Positions 1 to 8,149 are shown, counted from the first letter of the stretch. The stretch is 32,000 nucleotides of DNA from Faecalibaculum rodentium (GCF_001564455.1 NZ_CP011391.1:2130001-2162000), one strand, 5' to 3'. Notes: a model not told the origin generated them from the sequence alone. A program made the numbers and translations.

Positions 1-22
1 GAGAACAGATACAGATATATGG

Positions 23-56
23 AAAAGCACCGGATGCAGGCAGACCGGTGCTTTTT
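23..56. terminator. Intrinsic-terminator-like hairpin, possibly bidirectional
   Basis: AAAAGCACCGG-N11-CCGGTGCTTTT. Perfect GC-rich stem GCACCGG/CCGGTGC (27-33 / 45-51), flanked by an A-run on the left and a T-run on the right. Confidence 0.5.
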
Positions 57-164
57 GATTCTGGCAGCCGTCGAAAAGGCGAATAGTGAACAGGACAGGA
101 AATATACCCGGAGTGATATAAAACCGAGCAAATCAATGAGTCAAAACTCTATTTATACCCGATA

Positions 165-173
165 TGTTATAAT
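165..173 (+). promoter_or_regulatory. Extended -10 promoter element (TGtTATAAT) for the HTH/kinase module
   Basis: TG at 165-166, then TATAAT at 168-173. The ATG at 180 lies about 7 nt downstream with no Shine-Dalgarno between them, which suggests a leaderless transcript. Confidence 0.45.
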
Positions 174-179
174 CAGAAT

Positions 180-419
180 ATGAATTACGATAACCCTATC
201 GGACAGTGGCTGAAAAAGGAAAGACGCGCTGCGGGTCTCACACAGGAGCAGTTTGCGCTGTACTCAGGTCTGGGACTGCGGTTTGTCCGTGATCTTGAAC
301 AAGGCAAACCGACAGTGCGACTGGATAAAGTGAACCAGGCTCTGGCCATGTTCAACAAACAGGCCGTTGTGGGTGATCTGCAGGAGGAACGACATGGCAA
401 CCATACTCAGGAGTGGTGA
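180..419 (+). CDS. XRE-family helix-turn-helix regulator, HipB-like
   Basis: 79 aa. HTH segment GLTQEQFALYSGLGLRFVRDLEQGK. Lies directly upstream of HipA-type genes. Confidence 0.8.
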   Translation: MNYDNPIGQWLKKERRAAGLTQEQFALYSGLGLRFVRDLEQGKPTVRLDKVNQALAMFNKQAVVGDLQEERHGNHTQEW

Positions 420-722
420 TGTATAGATCCAAAACAGGAAAGGCGGAAAAATTCTGGAAACGGATGAAGGGTACCAGTTTCAGTACCTCCCTGAATATCT
501 GAACAATCACCCGGTTCCCGCCAGTTTGACTCTTCCTTTGCAGTCCGGACCTTACCAGTCACAGACACTCTTCCCTTTTTCGATGGACTCATTCCCGAAG
601 GCTGGCTGCTGGATATCGCAATGAAAAACCGGAAACTCAACCATGAAGACAGATTCGGGCTTCTGCTGACTGTCTGCAAAGACAGCATTGGTGATGTAAG
701 GATAGAAAGAAGCTCTGTATGA
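419..722 (+). pseudogene. HipA N-terminal-subdomain (HipS-like) gene, interrupted by two -1 frame changes
   Basis: Conceptual translation needs three frames. First MYRSKTGKAEK, then ILETDEGYQFQYLPEYLNNHPVPASLTLPLQSGPYQSQTLFPF, then FDGLIPEGWLLDIAMKNRKLNHEDRFGLLLTVCKDSIGDVRIERSSV*. The frame switches sit at the A5 run (447-451) and the T5 run (576-580). 304 nt plus 2 nt gives 102 codons. The stop at 720-722 overlaps the kinase ATG at 719 (ATGA). Confidence 0.6.
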
Positions 723-1678
723 ACTGCCTGTACTGCGGAAAGCCTCTGAATCATGAGATTCCGGAAGAGTTTCAGCAGCGATGGCATACAAAATGTATTC
801 GGTCGTTCTTTGGAACAGATACATTACCTGTACTGGACATCAGCAACAGGACTCTGGAGGATCTGGCAATGCACGCAGTCAATGGTGGAGCAGCTGTCCC
901 AGGTGTGCAGAAAAAGCTCTCTCTGCATCTGAGCAAAGAGTCTGTTCCGAAGCTGACTATTGTAAATCATCCCAATGACTACATTCTGAAACCATCCGAA
1001 TCCAGGTATCCGTACATAACAGAGCTGGAACACCTGACAATGTCCATGGCCCAGGCTGTCGGCATCCAGACAGTAAAGCATGGGTTGATTCCGTTGAACA
1101 ACGGCCTTGCCTGCATTACACGCCGTGAGGATCGTGAATTGGATGAGAAGGATTCTTTCCGGCTCCGGGCTATGGAAGACTTTGCACAATTATCAAACAG
1201 AATCTCGGCAGATAAATACAAAGGATCGTATGAGCAGGCTGCCAAAGTTATTGAGAAATTCTCACATTTCCCTGTACTGGATAAGAGCAGGTTCTTCCAG
1301 CTCCTCGTTTTCTGCTTCATAACCGGAAATTCAGATATGCACCTGAAGAATTTTTCTCTGATAGAGAATCGGCCCGGAAGCCGCCTCTATTCCCTGGCCC
1401 CCGCGTACGATCTTCTTCCAGTAAATCTGGTTTTGCCAGAAGATACCGAAATGACGGCCCTGACACTGCATGGAAAGAAAAAGAATCAAAGAAAAAACGA
1501 TTTTCTCTATTTGGCAGACAACATGGGATTACCCCGTCCCACTGCTTTGAGAATCATTCAGAATCTGTGTCGGCAGGAACATCGGTTTTTTTCTCTGATC
1601 GATCAGTCTGAGCTGCCTGAGACATGGCAGCAAAAGTTCAAGCACTTGATTCACGACAGAATCAACAGACTGTCATGA
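719..1678 (+). CDS. hipA: HipA-family serine/threonine kinase toxin, C-terminal kinase core only (HipT-like architecture)
   Basis: 319 aa. Catalytic-loop motif GNSDMHLKNFS. N-terminal Cys/His cluster CLYCGKPL...WHTKC. Lacks the N-terminal subdomain, which is encoded separately upstream. Confidence 0.85.
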   Translation: MNCLYCGKPLNHEIPEEFQQRWHTKCIRSFFGTDTLPVLDISNRTLEDLAMHAVNGGAAVPGVQKKLSLHLSKESVPKLTIVNHPNDYILKPSESRYPYITELEHLTMSMAQAVGIQTVKHGLIPLNNGLACITRREDRELDEKDSFRLRAMEDFAQLSNRISADKYKGSYEQAAKVIEKFSHFPVLDKSRFFQLLVFCFITGNSDMHLKNFSLIENRPGSRLYSLAPAYDLLPVNLVLPEDTEMTALTLHGKKKNQRKNDFLYLADNMGLPRPTALRIIQNLCRQEHRFFSLIDQSELPETWQQKFKHLIHDRINRLS

Positions 1679-1816
1679 GTATCACTGCTGTACTCCAGCG
1701 TATTTAATGGTCACAGGCAAAGACTCCACAATTCACAGGAATTACGTCTCCCTTGCATCCTTCCTTAACTCATGATATAGCTCTGTCAACGAAGGGGGGG
1801 ACCAGGTTCCCAAACT

Positions 1817-1850
1817 GGCAAATCATGTTTCATGGTTTGCCTTTTGTTTT
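1817..1850 (+). terminator. Weak intrinsic terminator after the kinase gene
   Basis: GGCAAA-N13-TTTGCC, followed by TTTTGTTTT. Confidence 0.4.
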
Positions 1851-1948
1851 CCCCTATTCTGTCATCCGCTCTAAAATAGATACAAACCACAGCCTTTTCT
1901 GTATGCTCCTGTTTTTCCTTCCCCCACCCCACAGAAAGGAGCCTCCTT

Positions 1949-2953
1949 ATGCCATTTGAAATCATTCAGGGCGACATCACCCGCATCCAGACCGATGCCA
2001 TCGTCAATGCCGCGAATCCCCAGCTGCAGATGGGCGGGGGTGTCTGCGGGGCCATCTTCATGGCCGCCGGTTCCCGCAAACTCCAGGCTGCCTGCGACAA
2101 ACTGGCCCCCATTCACACCGGGGAAGCCGTCATCACCCCGGGATTCGCGCTTCCCGCGCGATTTGTCATCCACACCGCCGGACCGGTCTACAGCCGGCAG
2201 TCTCCGGATGAAAGCGAACGGCTGCTCGCATCGGCCTACCGGTCCTCCCTCAAGCTGGCTTTTGAACATGGGTGCCATTCCATTGCCTTTCCCCTGATTT
2301 CCAGTGGCATTTACGGCTATCCCAGGCGGGACGCCCTGGAAGTCGCCACGTGCGCCATCCGGGGCTTTCTGGAAATCCATGACATGGATGTGAAGCTGGT
2401 GATCTTCAACCGCAGCGATGTGCAGATTCCACCAGGGACCCTGTCCGCCGTGGACGACTGGCTGCAGGAACATCTGCCCGAGAGTCAGACAATCCGCCGT
2501 CTGTCAGACACAATTGCCATGGAGCCGCTACAGGACAGTGTCCGGCTCCAGCCATCTGCAGCCCCCGCCTCCCCGTTCCATCCCGACTTCTCCACGATGT
2601 TCGGGAAACTCGACGAACCCTTTGACGTATATCTGCTGAAGCTCATCGACCGCAGGGGCATGAGCGATGTGCAGGTCTACCGGAAAGCCAATCTGGACAG
2701 GCGGCTGTTCTCGAAGATCCGCAGCGGCAAAGGCTACCATCCCGGGAAACGAACCATTCTGGCGCTGGCCGTGGCACTGGAGCTGACGCTGAAGGAAACT
2801 GAAGCACTGCTGGAACGGGCAGGCTATGCCCTGTCGCCGGCGGACAAATTCGATGTGGTGATGGAATACTTTCTGGAACACGGTCCGCGGGACATCGATG
2901 AAATCAACGAAGTGCTCTTCCACTACGACCTCCCGCTCCTGGGCGGAAGCTGA
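1949..2953 (+). CDS. Macro-domain (ADP-ribose binding/hydrolase) protein with a C-terminal HTH-like domain
   Basis: 334 aa. N-terminus [30 protein letters not shown]...HTAGPV...[13 protein letters not shown] is a typical macro domain. The C-terminal ~110 aa ([33 protein letters not shown]...) look like an HTH module. RBS AAAGGAG sits 7 nt upstream. Confidence 0.85.
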   Translation: MPFEIIQGDITRIQTDAIVNAANPQLQMGGGVCGAIFMAAGSRKLQAACDKLAPIHTGEAVITPGFALPARFVIHTAGPVYSRQSPDESERLLASAYRSSLKLAFEHGCHSIAFPLISSGIYGYPRRDALEVATCAIRGFLEIHDMDVKLVIFNRSDVQIPPGTLSAVDDWLQEHLPESQTIRRLSDTIAMEPLQDSVRLQPSAAPASPFHPDFSTMFGKLDEPFDVYLLKLIDRRGMSDVQVYRKANLDRRLFSKIRSGKGYHPGKRTILALAVALELTLKETEALLERAGYALSPADKFDVVMEYFLEHGPRDIDEINEVLFHYDLPLLGGS

Positions 2954-3113
2954 CGATTCAGGCAGTCTGCTATTTTCTGTCTCAAGGAAGAACAGGCATC
3001 CGGGTTTCTCCCTGTATCACGGGATGTTTGCTCTTCTGTACGATGTCGTCTGACAGGCGACCATCGGCTTTCCGTCTTCCTGTATCCTCAAAGGCACAGA
3101 GGAGGTCACAGAG

Positions 3114-3824
3114 ATGACAGTCAGACACATAGAAGAGACACACCGGCGTCAGAAGCAGAAACCGGGAGCGACAGAACTCGTGTTCATCCTGGATTGCAGC
3201 GGGTCTATGGCAGGGATGGAATCCGATGTCATTGGCGGCTTCAATGCCATGCTCGAAAAGCAGCAAAAAAAGCCCGGACGCTGCCGGGTCACCACCATGC
3301 TGTTTGATACCGGATGCAGACCGCTGCATGAGAGCATCGACATCCAGGATATGAGACCTATGACAGACCGGGACTTTGAAGCGGGCGGCTGCACGGCACT
3401 GTACGATGCCGTGGGGAGAACAATCCGCAGGATCGCGGAGATCCAGAAACAGACAGCTCCGAAGGGCCGGGCAGATCATGTCGTGTTCGCGATCATGACC
3501 GACGGCCTGGAAAACGCCAGCAAACGGTATACGCTGCCACAGATCCGGTCCATGATCGAACGGGAGCAGACTGCATATGGCTGGGAATTTCTGTTTCTCG
3601 GGGCCAATTTCGACGCAGAAGCCACTGCCGAAACCATGGGGATCCGCAAAGACCATGCGGTGGAGTACCTGGCAGACAGCCAGGGGATGCAGGTGAGTTT
3701 CCAGGCCATGAGCGAGTCCCTGGAATCCGTCCGGGACTGCGGTATGCTGGATACACGCTGCATGCAGTCTGTCCGGGAGGATACGCGGACACGGAGTCGA
3801 GTGCATCGAAGAAACAGGCACTGA
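3114..3824 (+). CDS. von Willebrand factor type A (vWA) domain protein
   Basis: 236 aa. MIDAS-type motif DCSGSM at the end of a hydrophobic beta strand (LVFILDCSGSM), then a later T..DG motif (IMTDGLEN). RBS GAGGAGG. Confidence 0.8.
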   Translation: MTVRHIEETHRRQKQKPGATELVFILDCSGSMAGMESDVIGGFNAMLEKQQKKPGRCRVTTMLFDTGCRPLHESIDIQDMRPMTDRDFEAGGCTALYDAVGRTIRRIAEIQKQTAPKGRADHVVFAIMTDGLENASKRYTLPQIRSMIEREQTAYGWEFLFLGANFDAEATAETMGIRKDHAVEYLADSQGMQVSFQAMSESLESVRDCGMLDTRCMQSVREDTRTRSRVHRRNRH

Positions 3825-3903
3825 CAGACCCGCCGGCTCATGGAATGGCAGTGTCCGGCTGCCACCCGCATGGCAAGCCGGTTCCTGCATGCCGGGTGCA
3901 GCA

Positions 3904-3939
3904 GAAAACAGGCACTCCTGAACAAAGTGCCTGTTTTTT
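3904..3939. terminator. Bidirectional intrinsic terminator between convergent genes
   Basis: ACAGGCACT-N9-AGTGCCTGT. TTTTTT follows on the plus strand and TTTT follows on the minus strand. Confidence 0.75.
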
Positions 3940-3987
3940 CATATCCGGGCAATCCTCGGGCCATTCGGTCCCTGGCTGACAGGGGAT

Positions 3988-4212
3988 TCATCCCGCCCGC
4001 TGCAGGTACTGGATGATATCCTGAACCGTGATCAGTTCGCTCATGTCCTCTTCGGTCGTCTCTGTGCCCGTCAGCTCATCCAGCGCCATGGCCAGTTCCA
4101 CGGACGAGATCTCATCCATCCCGAGATCCTCCCGGAGTCTGGCGCCTTCCGTGACCCGTGATTCATCCACACCGAGATTCTGTGCAATGAGCACCTGGAT
4201 GCTTTCTGTCAT
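3988..4212 (-). CDS. Acyl-carrier-protein-like small acidic protein lacking the canonical phosphopantetheine Ser
   Basis: 74 aa from the internal ATG, with RBS GGGAGGA 9 nt upstream. ACP-like helices are present. The EDLGMDEISSVELAMALDE segment aligns to the ACP DLGxDSLxxVEL motif, but DS is replaced by DE. Confidence 0.65.
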   Translation of the reverse strand: MTESIQVLIAQNLGVDESRVTEGARLREDLGMDEISSVELAMALDELTGTETTEEDMSELITVQDIIQYLQRAG

Positions 4213-4369
4213 GTCTCTGTGTCCTCCCGCTCCGTCAATATGGAGTCCGCTGCTGCAGGCAGGAATCTCTGCAGCCATCCAGGGTCATTATACCGAAAAG
4301 AAGCAGGTTCTCCCCATGCCCCGCAAACCTGTCCATCCGGCTGATGCCGATGATACAGGTGCGGGCCTG

Positions 4370-4918
4370 TCAGCAGTCTTCCTCCTGGTCTTTTTGCGTC
4401 TCTGACAGAAACGCCAGGACCGGCTCAATGTATCGCCGGTCGGAGATGTCATAGGAAGACCCGAGCATGGCAGCCATGACTTCCTCCTGCGGTGTCCGGT
4501 CCTTCTTTGCCCGCAGTCCCGCAAGAAACGCCTTCATCATGAGCCTGTACCGCAAAGACATGGCTTCATAGTTCAATCCTCCAGGGCAGTAGAACACCTG
4601 TACGTTGGCCGCCGCCAGATCCTGCACCGTTTTGTCCAGAAACACCTGGCCTTCCGGATCATCCGCGGGACTGGCGCCGACGCAGAATGCAGCCAGCCGC
4701 TTTCCGTTCCATGCCGGGATCTGTTCCTCAAACCAGCCGATCTTGCTGATCTGCCCGGCACAGGCCCATCCGCCGTACACAATGGCATCATATCCGGACA
4801 GATCCCGTTTCCGGGCCTCCTGCAGCGTGAAGCAGTCACCTCCTGCTGCATCTGCGATCCATTCGGCATACCGCCGGGTGAATCCCGTCTGTGAGTGATA
4901 CACCACAACAGTTCTCAT
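4370..4918 (-). CDS. Flavodoxin-like domain protein
   Basis: 182 aa. N-terminus MRTVVVYHSQTGFTRRYAE is a flavodoxin-type FMN-binding loop. 4-nt ATGA overlap with the upstream MarR gene. Confidence 0.75.
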   Translation of the reverse strand: MRTVVVYHSQTGFTRRYAEWIADAAGGDCFTLQEARKRDLSGYDAIVYGGWACAGQISKIGWFEEQIPAWNGKRLAAFCVGASPADDPEGQVFLDKTVQDLAAANVQVFYCPGGLNYEAMSLRYRLMMKAFLAGLRAKKDRTPQEEVMAAMLGSSYDISDRRYIEPVLAFLSETQKDQEEDC

Positions 4919-5424
4919 ACCTCAGATTCTCCTTTCGCCGTTTCCCCACGACCCTGTGCAGCCAGGCAGTCGATTCCTTCAAACATCCGGGACAGCAGCC
5001 TGAACAGTGTGGCCAGTTCGTCAGCTGTATACACTGAGAACAGCGCCTGGAGCTCTTCCTGGTATTTCCGGAAATCTTCCCCAAAAAACCGGTCTGTCCG
5101 CTCTGTGGTCTCCAGCGCCACCGCTCTGGGATCCCGGGGGTGTGGTATCACCGCCACAAATCCCTTCCGTTGCAAAATGTCTGCGAGTTTTTTCACATTC
5201 TGCCGGGAGCAGCCCAGAAGTACTCCCAGTTCCGTCAGCGTCTGCGGTGTTCCGGCCTGATGCAGGATCGACAGCAGCATGAACTGTTTGAGGGTCACAT
5301 CCGGGATCCGGCTGTCAAAAAGCGTCTGGAGTCTGTTGGTGAGAATGAACAGCATGCTGAAGACAGCCCGCCCCTGTCGGACGGGAGTGTGGGAAAACCG
5401 CTGTATGAGTTCTTCGTGCGTCAT
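4915..5424 (-). CDS. MarR-family transcriptional regulator
   Basis: 169 aa. Winged-helix segment TLKQFMLLSILHQAGTPQTLTELGVLLGCSRQNVKKLADILQRKGFV. RBS GGAAAGGAGAG. Confidence 0.85.
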   Translation of the reverse strand: MTHEELIQRFSHTPVRQGRAVFSMLFILTNRLQTLFDSRIPDVTLKQFMLLSILHQAGTPQTLTELGVLLGCSRQNVKKLADILQRKGFVAVIPHPRDPRAVALETTERTDRFFGEDFRKYQEELQALFSVYTADELATLFRLLSRMFEGIDCLAAQGRGETAKGESEV

Positions 5425-5488
5425 GCACTCTCCTTTCCTGCCAATGAGCCCCTGTCCGGCTTCTGCAGATGACTCCTCATCAGCCCCT

Positions 5489-5512
5489 ATATACGTAACT
5501 AGTTACTTATAT
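5489..5512. promoter_or_regulatory. Imperfect 24-nt inverted repeat, candidate MarR operator
   Basis: ATATAcGTAACT.AGTTACtTATAT with a perfect 12-nt core GTAACTAGTTAC (5495-5506). Lies 65-88 nt upstream of the marR-like ATG, in an AT-rich stretch. Confidence 0.5.
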
Positions 5513-5645
5513 GTCCTCATTCTATTCCCCGCGGTTGCTGGCGTCAACCGTGGTTCGTGCCAGCGTCCTTCTGCGGCCGATCAATGACTGCTCAATGCCT
5601 GCGTCCTCCGTTGGCAGATATCCGATGGAAGCGAAGACAGAATAA

Positions 5646-5687
5646 CGAAAAGCCCCGGAGTGGCAGGATGACCCTGCAATCCGGGGG
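5646..5687 (-). terminator. Intrinsic-terminator-like structure after the GntR gene
   Basis: Minus-strand CCCCGG...(inner GCAGG-N5-CCTGC)...CCGGGG, followed by CTTTTCGTT. Confidence 0.45.
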
Positions 5688-5709
5688 CAGGTGGATTCAG
5701 TGGTTGTGT

Positions 5710-6402
5710 TCAGGTATGAGTTGCAGCCCCCTGGGGCTGAGAGCTGCCGGTGATCCGGGCATTCTCTGGATGCAGCCAGGTATGGACGCAGAGATACAGC
5801 GGTCCGTTTCCCATGCGGATTTCCTCACGCCGGCAGATCACCGCGGTCCCCTGCCTGACATTCAGCAGGCGGCTGTACTTCGGCGGAATCACGGCCGGCC
5901 GCAGTTCCCAGGTCACACTGGCGGCGTTGCGGCAGGCATCGAGCTGGAACATGGTCTCCAGTTCATTGAGTCCCTTGTCCATGGCCACCTCCGGCAGGGC
6001 ATAGATTTCCTCCACTCGCAGGGGCAGGTCGTCATCCAGGATCAGCCGCACCATGCGGAAGAGCCGCTGATGGTCCTCCAGCCCGAAGGCCTTCTGGACA
6101 TCGCGGACATTCGCGGATTCATAGACAGAATCCAGAAACAGCACCCGCTGACGCTCCTGTCTCGGGGTTGATTCGGAGACCGTGACAGAAGCAGGGCGCC
6201 GGGCCACGAAGGTTCCGCGGTTGCCGCCGCGGTAGAGAACCCCCTGGCGGCAGAGTTGTTCGATGGCTTTCCGGACCGTCATCCGGCTGATATCCAGACG
6301 CTGGGAGATCTCCCGCTCGCTCAGGATCGGTGTGTGGGGATCTCTTCCGGCGATGTCTTCCCGGAGAAAGTCCATGACCTGGATGTATTTAGGCTGTGAC
6401 AC
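5710..6402 (-). CDS. GntR-family regulator, HutC/UTRA subfamily
   Basis: 230 aa. N-terminal wHTH LSEREISQRLDISRMTVRKAIEQLCRQGVL. A ~150-aa C-terminal effector domain of UTRA size. GTG start behind AAGGAGG. Confidence 0.85.
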   Translation of the reverse strand: MSQPKYIQVMDFLREDIAGRDPHTPILSEREISQRLDISRMTVRKAIEQLCRQGVLYRGGNRGTFVARRPASVTVSESTPRQERQRVLFLDSVYESANVRDVQKAFGLEDHQRLFRMVRLILDDDLPLRVEEIYALPEVAMDKGLNELETMFQLDACRNAASVTWELRPAVIPPKYSRLLNVRQGTAVICRREEIRMGNGPLYLCVHTWLHPENARITGSSQPQGAATHT

Positions 6403-6418
6403 GCAGTCACCCGCCTCC

Positions 6419-7507
6419 TTACTGGATCACGACAAACGGACGCCAGGGCTGAAGTGCATTGAGCAGCTCGTGCTCGCCTTCCGGAATGTGCCCGATCACG
6501 TTTTTCCGCGGATCGGCCGGCATATCCTTCAGGACAATATGCAGTTCGCCTTTGTAGCGGCCGTAGCCGTCGTTCAGGATCACGATATCGCGGCGCTTCA
6601 TGTCCCGGCAAGTCTGGGGCTTGATGCTTTCATCAGCATAGGTGACGCGGGGGAAAGTGCTGCGGGCGCTATACTCGCTCATGTCGCCGCGCACATAGTG
6701 CTGGTGTTCGAAGAGCACCTTGCGTTCGCCTTCCTGCAGCGGCCGTTCGAGCACAGGCTTGAGGTTGAGCACCCCGGGCTGGAGCTTGCACAGTTCGTCA
6801 AATTCCTCCGGTGTGGCGTAGCAGTTGGCAATCAGGATGTCGTCCACGTTGCCTTCGGCAATCAGCAGCCTTGCCTGGGCGTCCAGGGGGAGATCCCGGT
6901 GGTCTTCCAGCGTGCAGAGGCCCTCGGACACCGGCCAGGGACCGAAGGTGCCCGGACGGGAGGAGCCGATGAACGCAGCGATCGGCAGGTTGTTCTTCTT
7001 GATGTCCTCATTGCATTTGCGGAAATGCTTCAGGGAGAGTCCGGAATAGCGCTGGGGATAGAAGTTGTGGCAGGTCGTGAGCTTTGACCGGTCGGGGTGG
7101 TGGGAGCAGATGTTGTCGATGTAGCCGTTGCCGAAGCTGGCGTTGACTTCGATTTTCAGCCCCTCGGGGTTGCAGGTCATGAGGGATTCCTTCATCCCGT
7201 CAAAGCCTTCGTCCAGGCGGATACCGTCGGCATGCATGTCCTTGAAGAACGACAGGTCGTTCCATTCCACGCCGATGTGCTTCAGGACCGCCGGTGCGAC
7301 GTCGTAGATCACTTCCATGCCCTTTTCGTGGGCATAGTCATTGAGTTCCCGGAACTCCTCCCTGATTTCGTCGCCGGATTTGTCTGTCACGGAAAGCAGA
7401 CAGGAGAAGATCCGTTTGAAGCCATGATCTGCTGCCAGATCGATGTACTTTTTGATGTTCTCCATGGAATCGTGTTCGGGGTAAACCGAAATGCCTAGTC
7501 TTGCCAT
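6419..7507 (-). CDS. DUF871 / MupG-like 6-phospho-sugar glycosidase family protein (paralog 1)
   Basis: 362 aa. MARLGISVYPEH...TCHNFYPQRYSGLS...GPWPVSEGLCTLEDHRD is characteristic of the DUF871 family. Start overlaps the upstream stop (TAATG), behind GGAGGA. Confidence 0.8.
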   Translation of the reverse strand: MARLGISVYPEHDSMENIKKYIDLAADHGFKRIFSCLLSVTDKSGDEIREEFRELNDYAHEKGMEVIYDVAPAVLKHIGVEWNDLSFFKDMHADGIRLDEGFDGMKESLMTCNPEGLKIEVNASFGNGYIDNICSHHPDRSKLTTCHNFYPQRYSGLSLKHFRKCNEDIKKNNLPIAAFIGSSRPGTFGPWPVSEGLCTLEDHRDLPLDAQARLLIAEGNVDDILIANCYATPEEFDELCKLQPGVLNLKPVLERPLQEGERKVLFEHQHYVRGDMSEYSARSTFPRVTYADESIKPQTCRDMKRRDIVILNDGYGRYKGELHIVLKDMPADPRKNVIGHIPEGEHELLNALQPWRPFVVIQ

Positions 7508-7875
7508 TAATAGTCCTCCAGTTGTTTTTCAAACAGGTCGAGCCGCATGTTCAGCTGTTTCTTCGCACTCAGGCCGAAGAGCAGGCCGGCGAGTTTCTGG
7601 TTCCACTTCGACAGGCCCTGTTCATTGCCGCCGGTTTCTTCGTACGTCAGTTCCAGCTGCCCGGGAGCGGTTTCCTTCCACCGCCAGTCCATGGTCAGGA
7701 TCTCCCGGCTGCTGTCAAAACGCACCCGGTAGTGACCTGATTCCAGGGCCTCGATGGAGACAGCGGTTTTCTGTGGCCGTCCGTTCATGCCCGTCAGCTG
7801 TTTTTCATAGCACAGGCCGGCACAGGCGGGCTGCCCGGCGTCCTGGTCTGCGAGAGTCTGGATGAAGGCATCCAT
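7507..7875 (-). CDS. Small cytoplasmic protein, DUF3284-like by context
   Basis: About 122 aa from the ATG at 7875. Sits between a PTS EIIC and a DUF871 gene, as is typical for DUF3284 genes. The family call is by eye only. Confidence 0.5.
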   Translation of the reverse strand: MDAFIQTLADQDAGQPACAGLCYEKQLTGMNGRPQKTAVSIEALESGHYRVRFDSSREILTMDWRWKETAPGQLELTYEETGGNEQGLSKWNQKLAGLLFGLSAKKQLNMRLDLFEKQLEDY

Positions 7876-7909
7876 TTTTCCCGGGAACACCGGATGTGGC
7901 GCGCGGCTT

Positions 7910-8089
7910 TCACCGGGACTCCTTCCGGCTGCCGGCCTGCCTGCGGCTGCGGCAGATCATCCAGAGACCGATACCGGTCAGGGCCAGGCCGCTGAAAATC
8001 AGGTAGATGGGCTGCGGCATCATGCAGGAGAGCAGAATGAACAGGCATCCTGTGGAAATCAGAAACAGCCCGTTTCTGTTGTTGGTCAT
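7910..8089 (-). CDS. Unannotated 59-aa two-TM membrane peptide
   Basis: MTNNRNGLFLISTGCLFILLSCMMPQPIYLIFSGLALTGIGLWMICRSRRQAGSRKESR*. It falls below the ORF-track length cutoff. RBS AGGAAG precedes it, and a sigma70-like promoter lies upstream. Confidence 0.5.
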   Translation of the reverse strand: MTNNRNGLFLISTGCLFILLSCMMPQPIYLIFSGLALTGIGLWMICRSRRQAGSRKESR

Positions 8090-8121
8090 GGCGGCTTCCT
8101 TTCTGTTTGTGTATCAACTTG

Positions 8122-8149
8122 ATTATAGTGCAAGGCACGCACCGGCCAA
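8122..8149 (-). promoter_or_regulatory. Sigma70-type promoter TTGGCC-N16-TATAAT
   Basis: Perfect TATAAT (complement of 8122-8127) and TTGGCC (complement of 8144-8149). Located 33 nt upstream of the small-ORF ATG. Confidence 0.5.

Noticed and set aside
1-183. Open frame from the window start to TGA 181-183 (54 codons from the ATG at 19).
   Set aside because: It contains a strong terminator-type hairpin (23-56) and the promoter elements of the HTH gene. It has no RBS and no recognisable protein features.
7794-8138. Tracked 114-aa ORF on the minus strand.
   Set aside because: It overlaps DUF3284 and the promoter region, and its sequence is Arg/Pro/His-rich and noise-like. The 59-aa ORF in a different frame has an RBS, a promoter and two TM helices.
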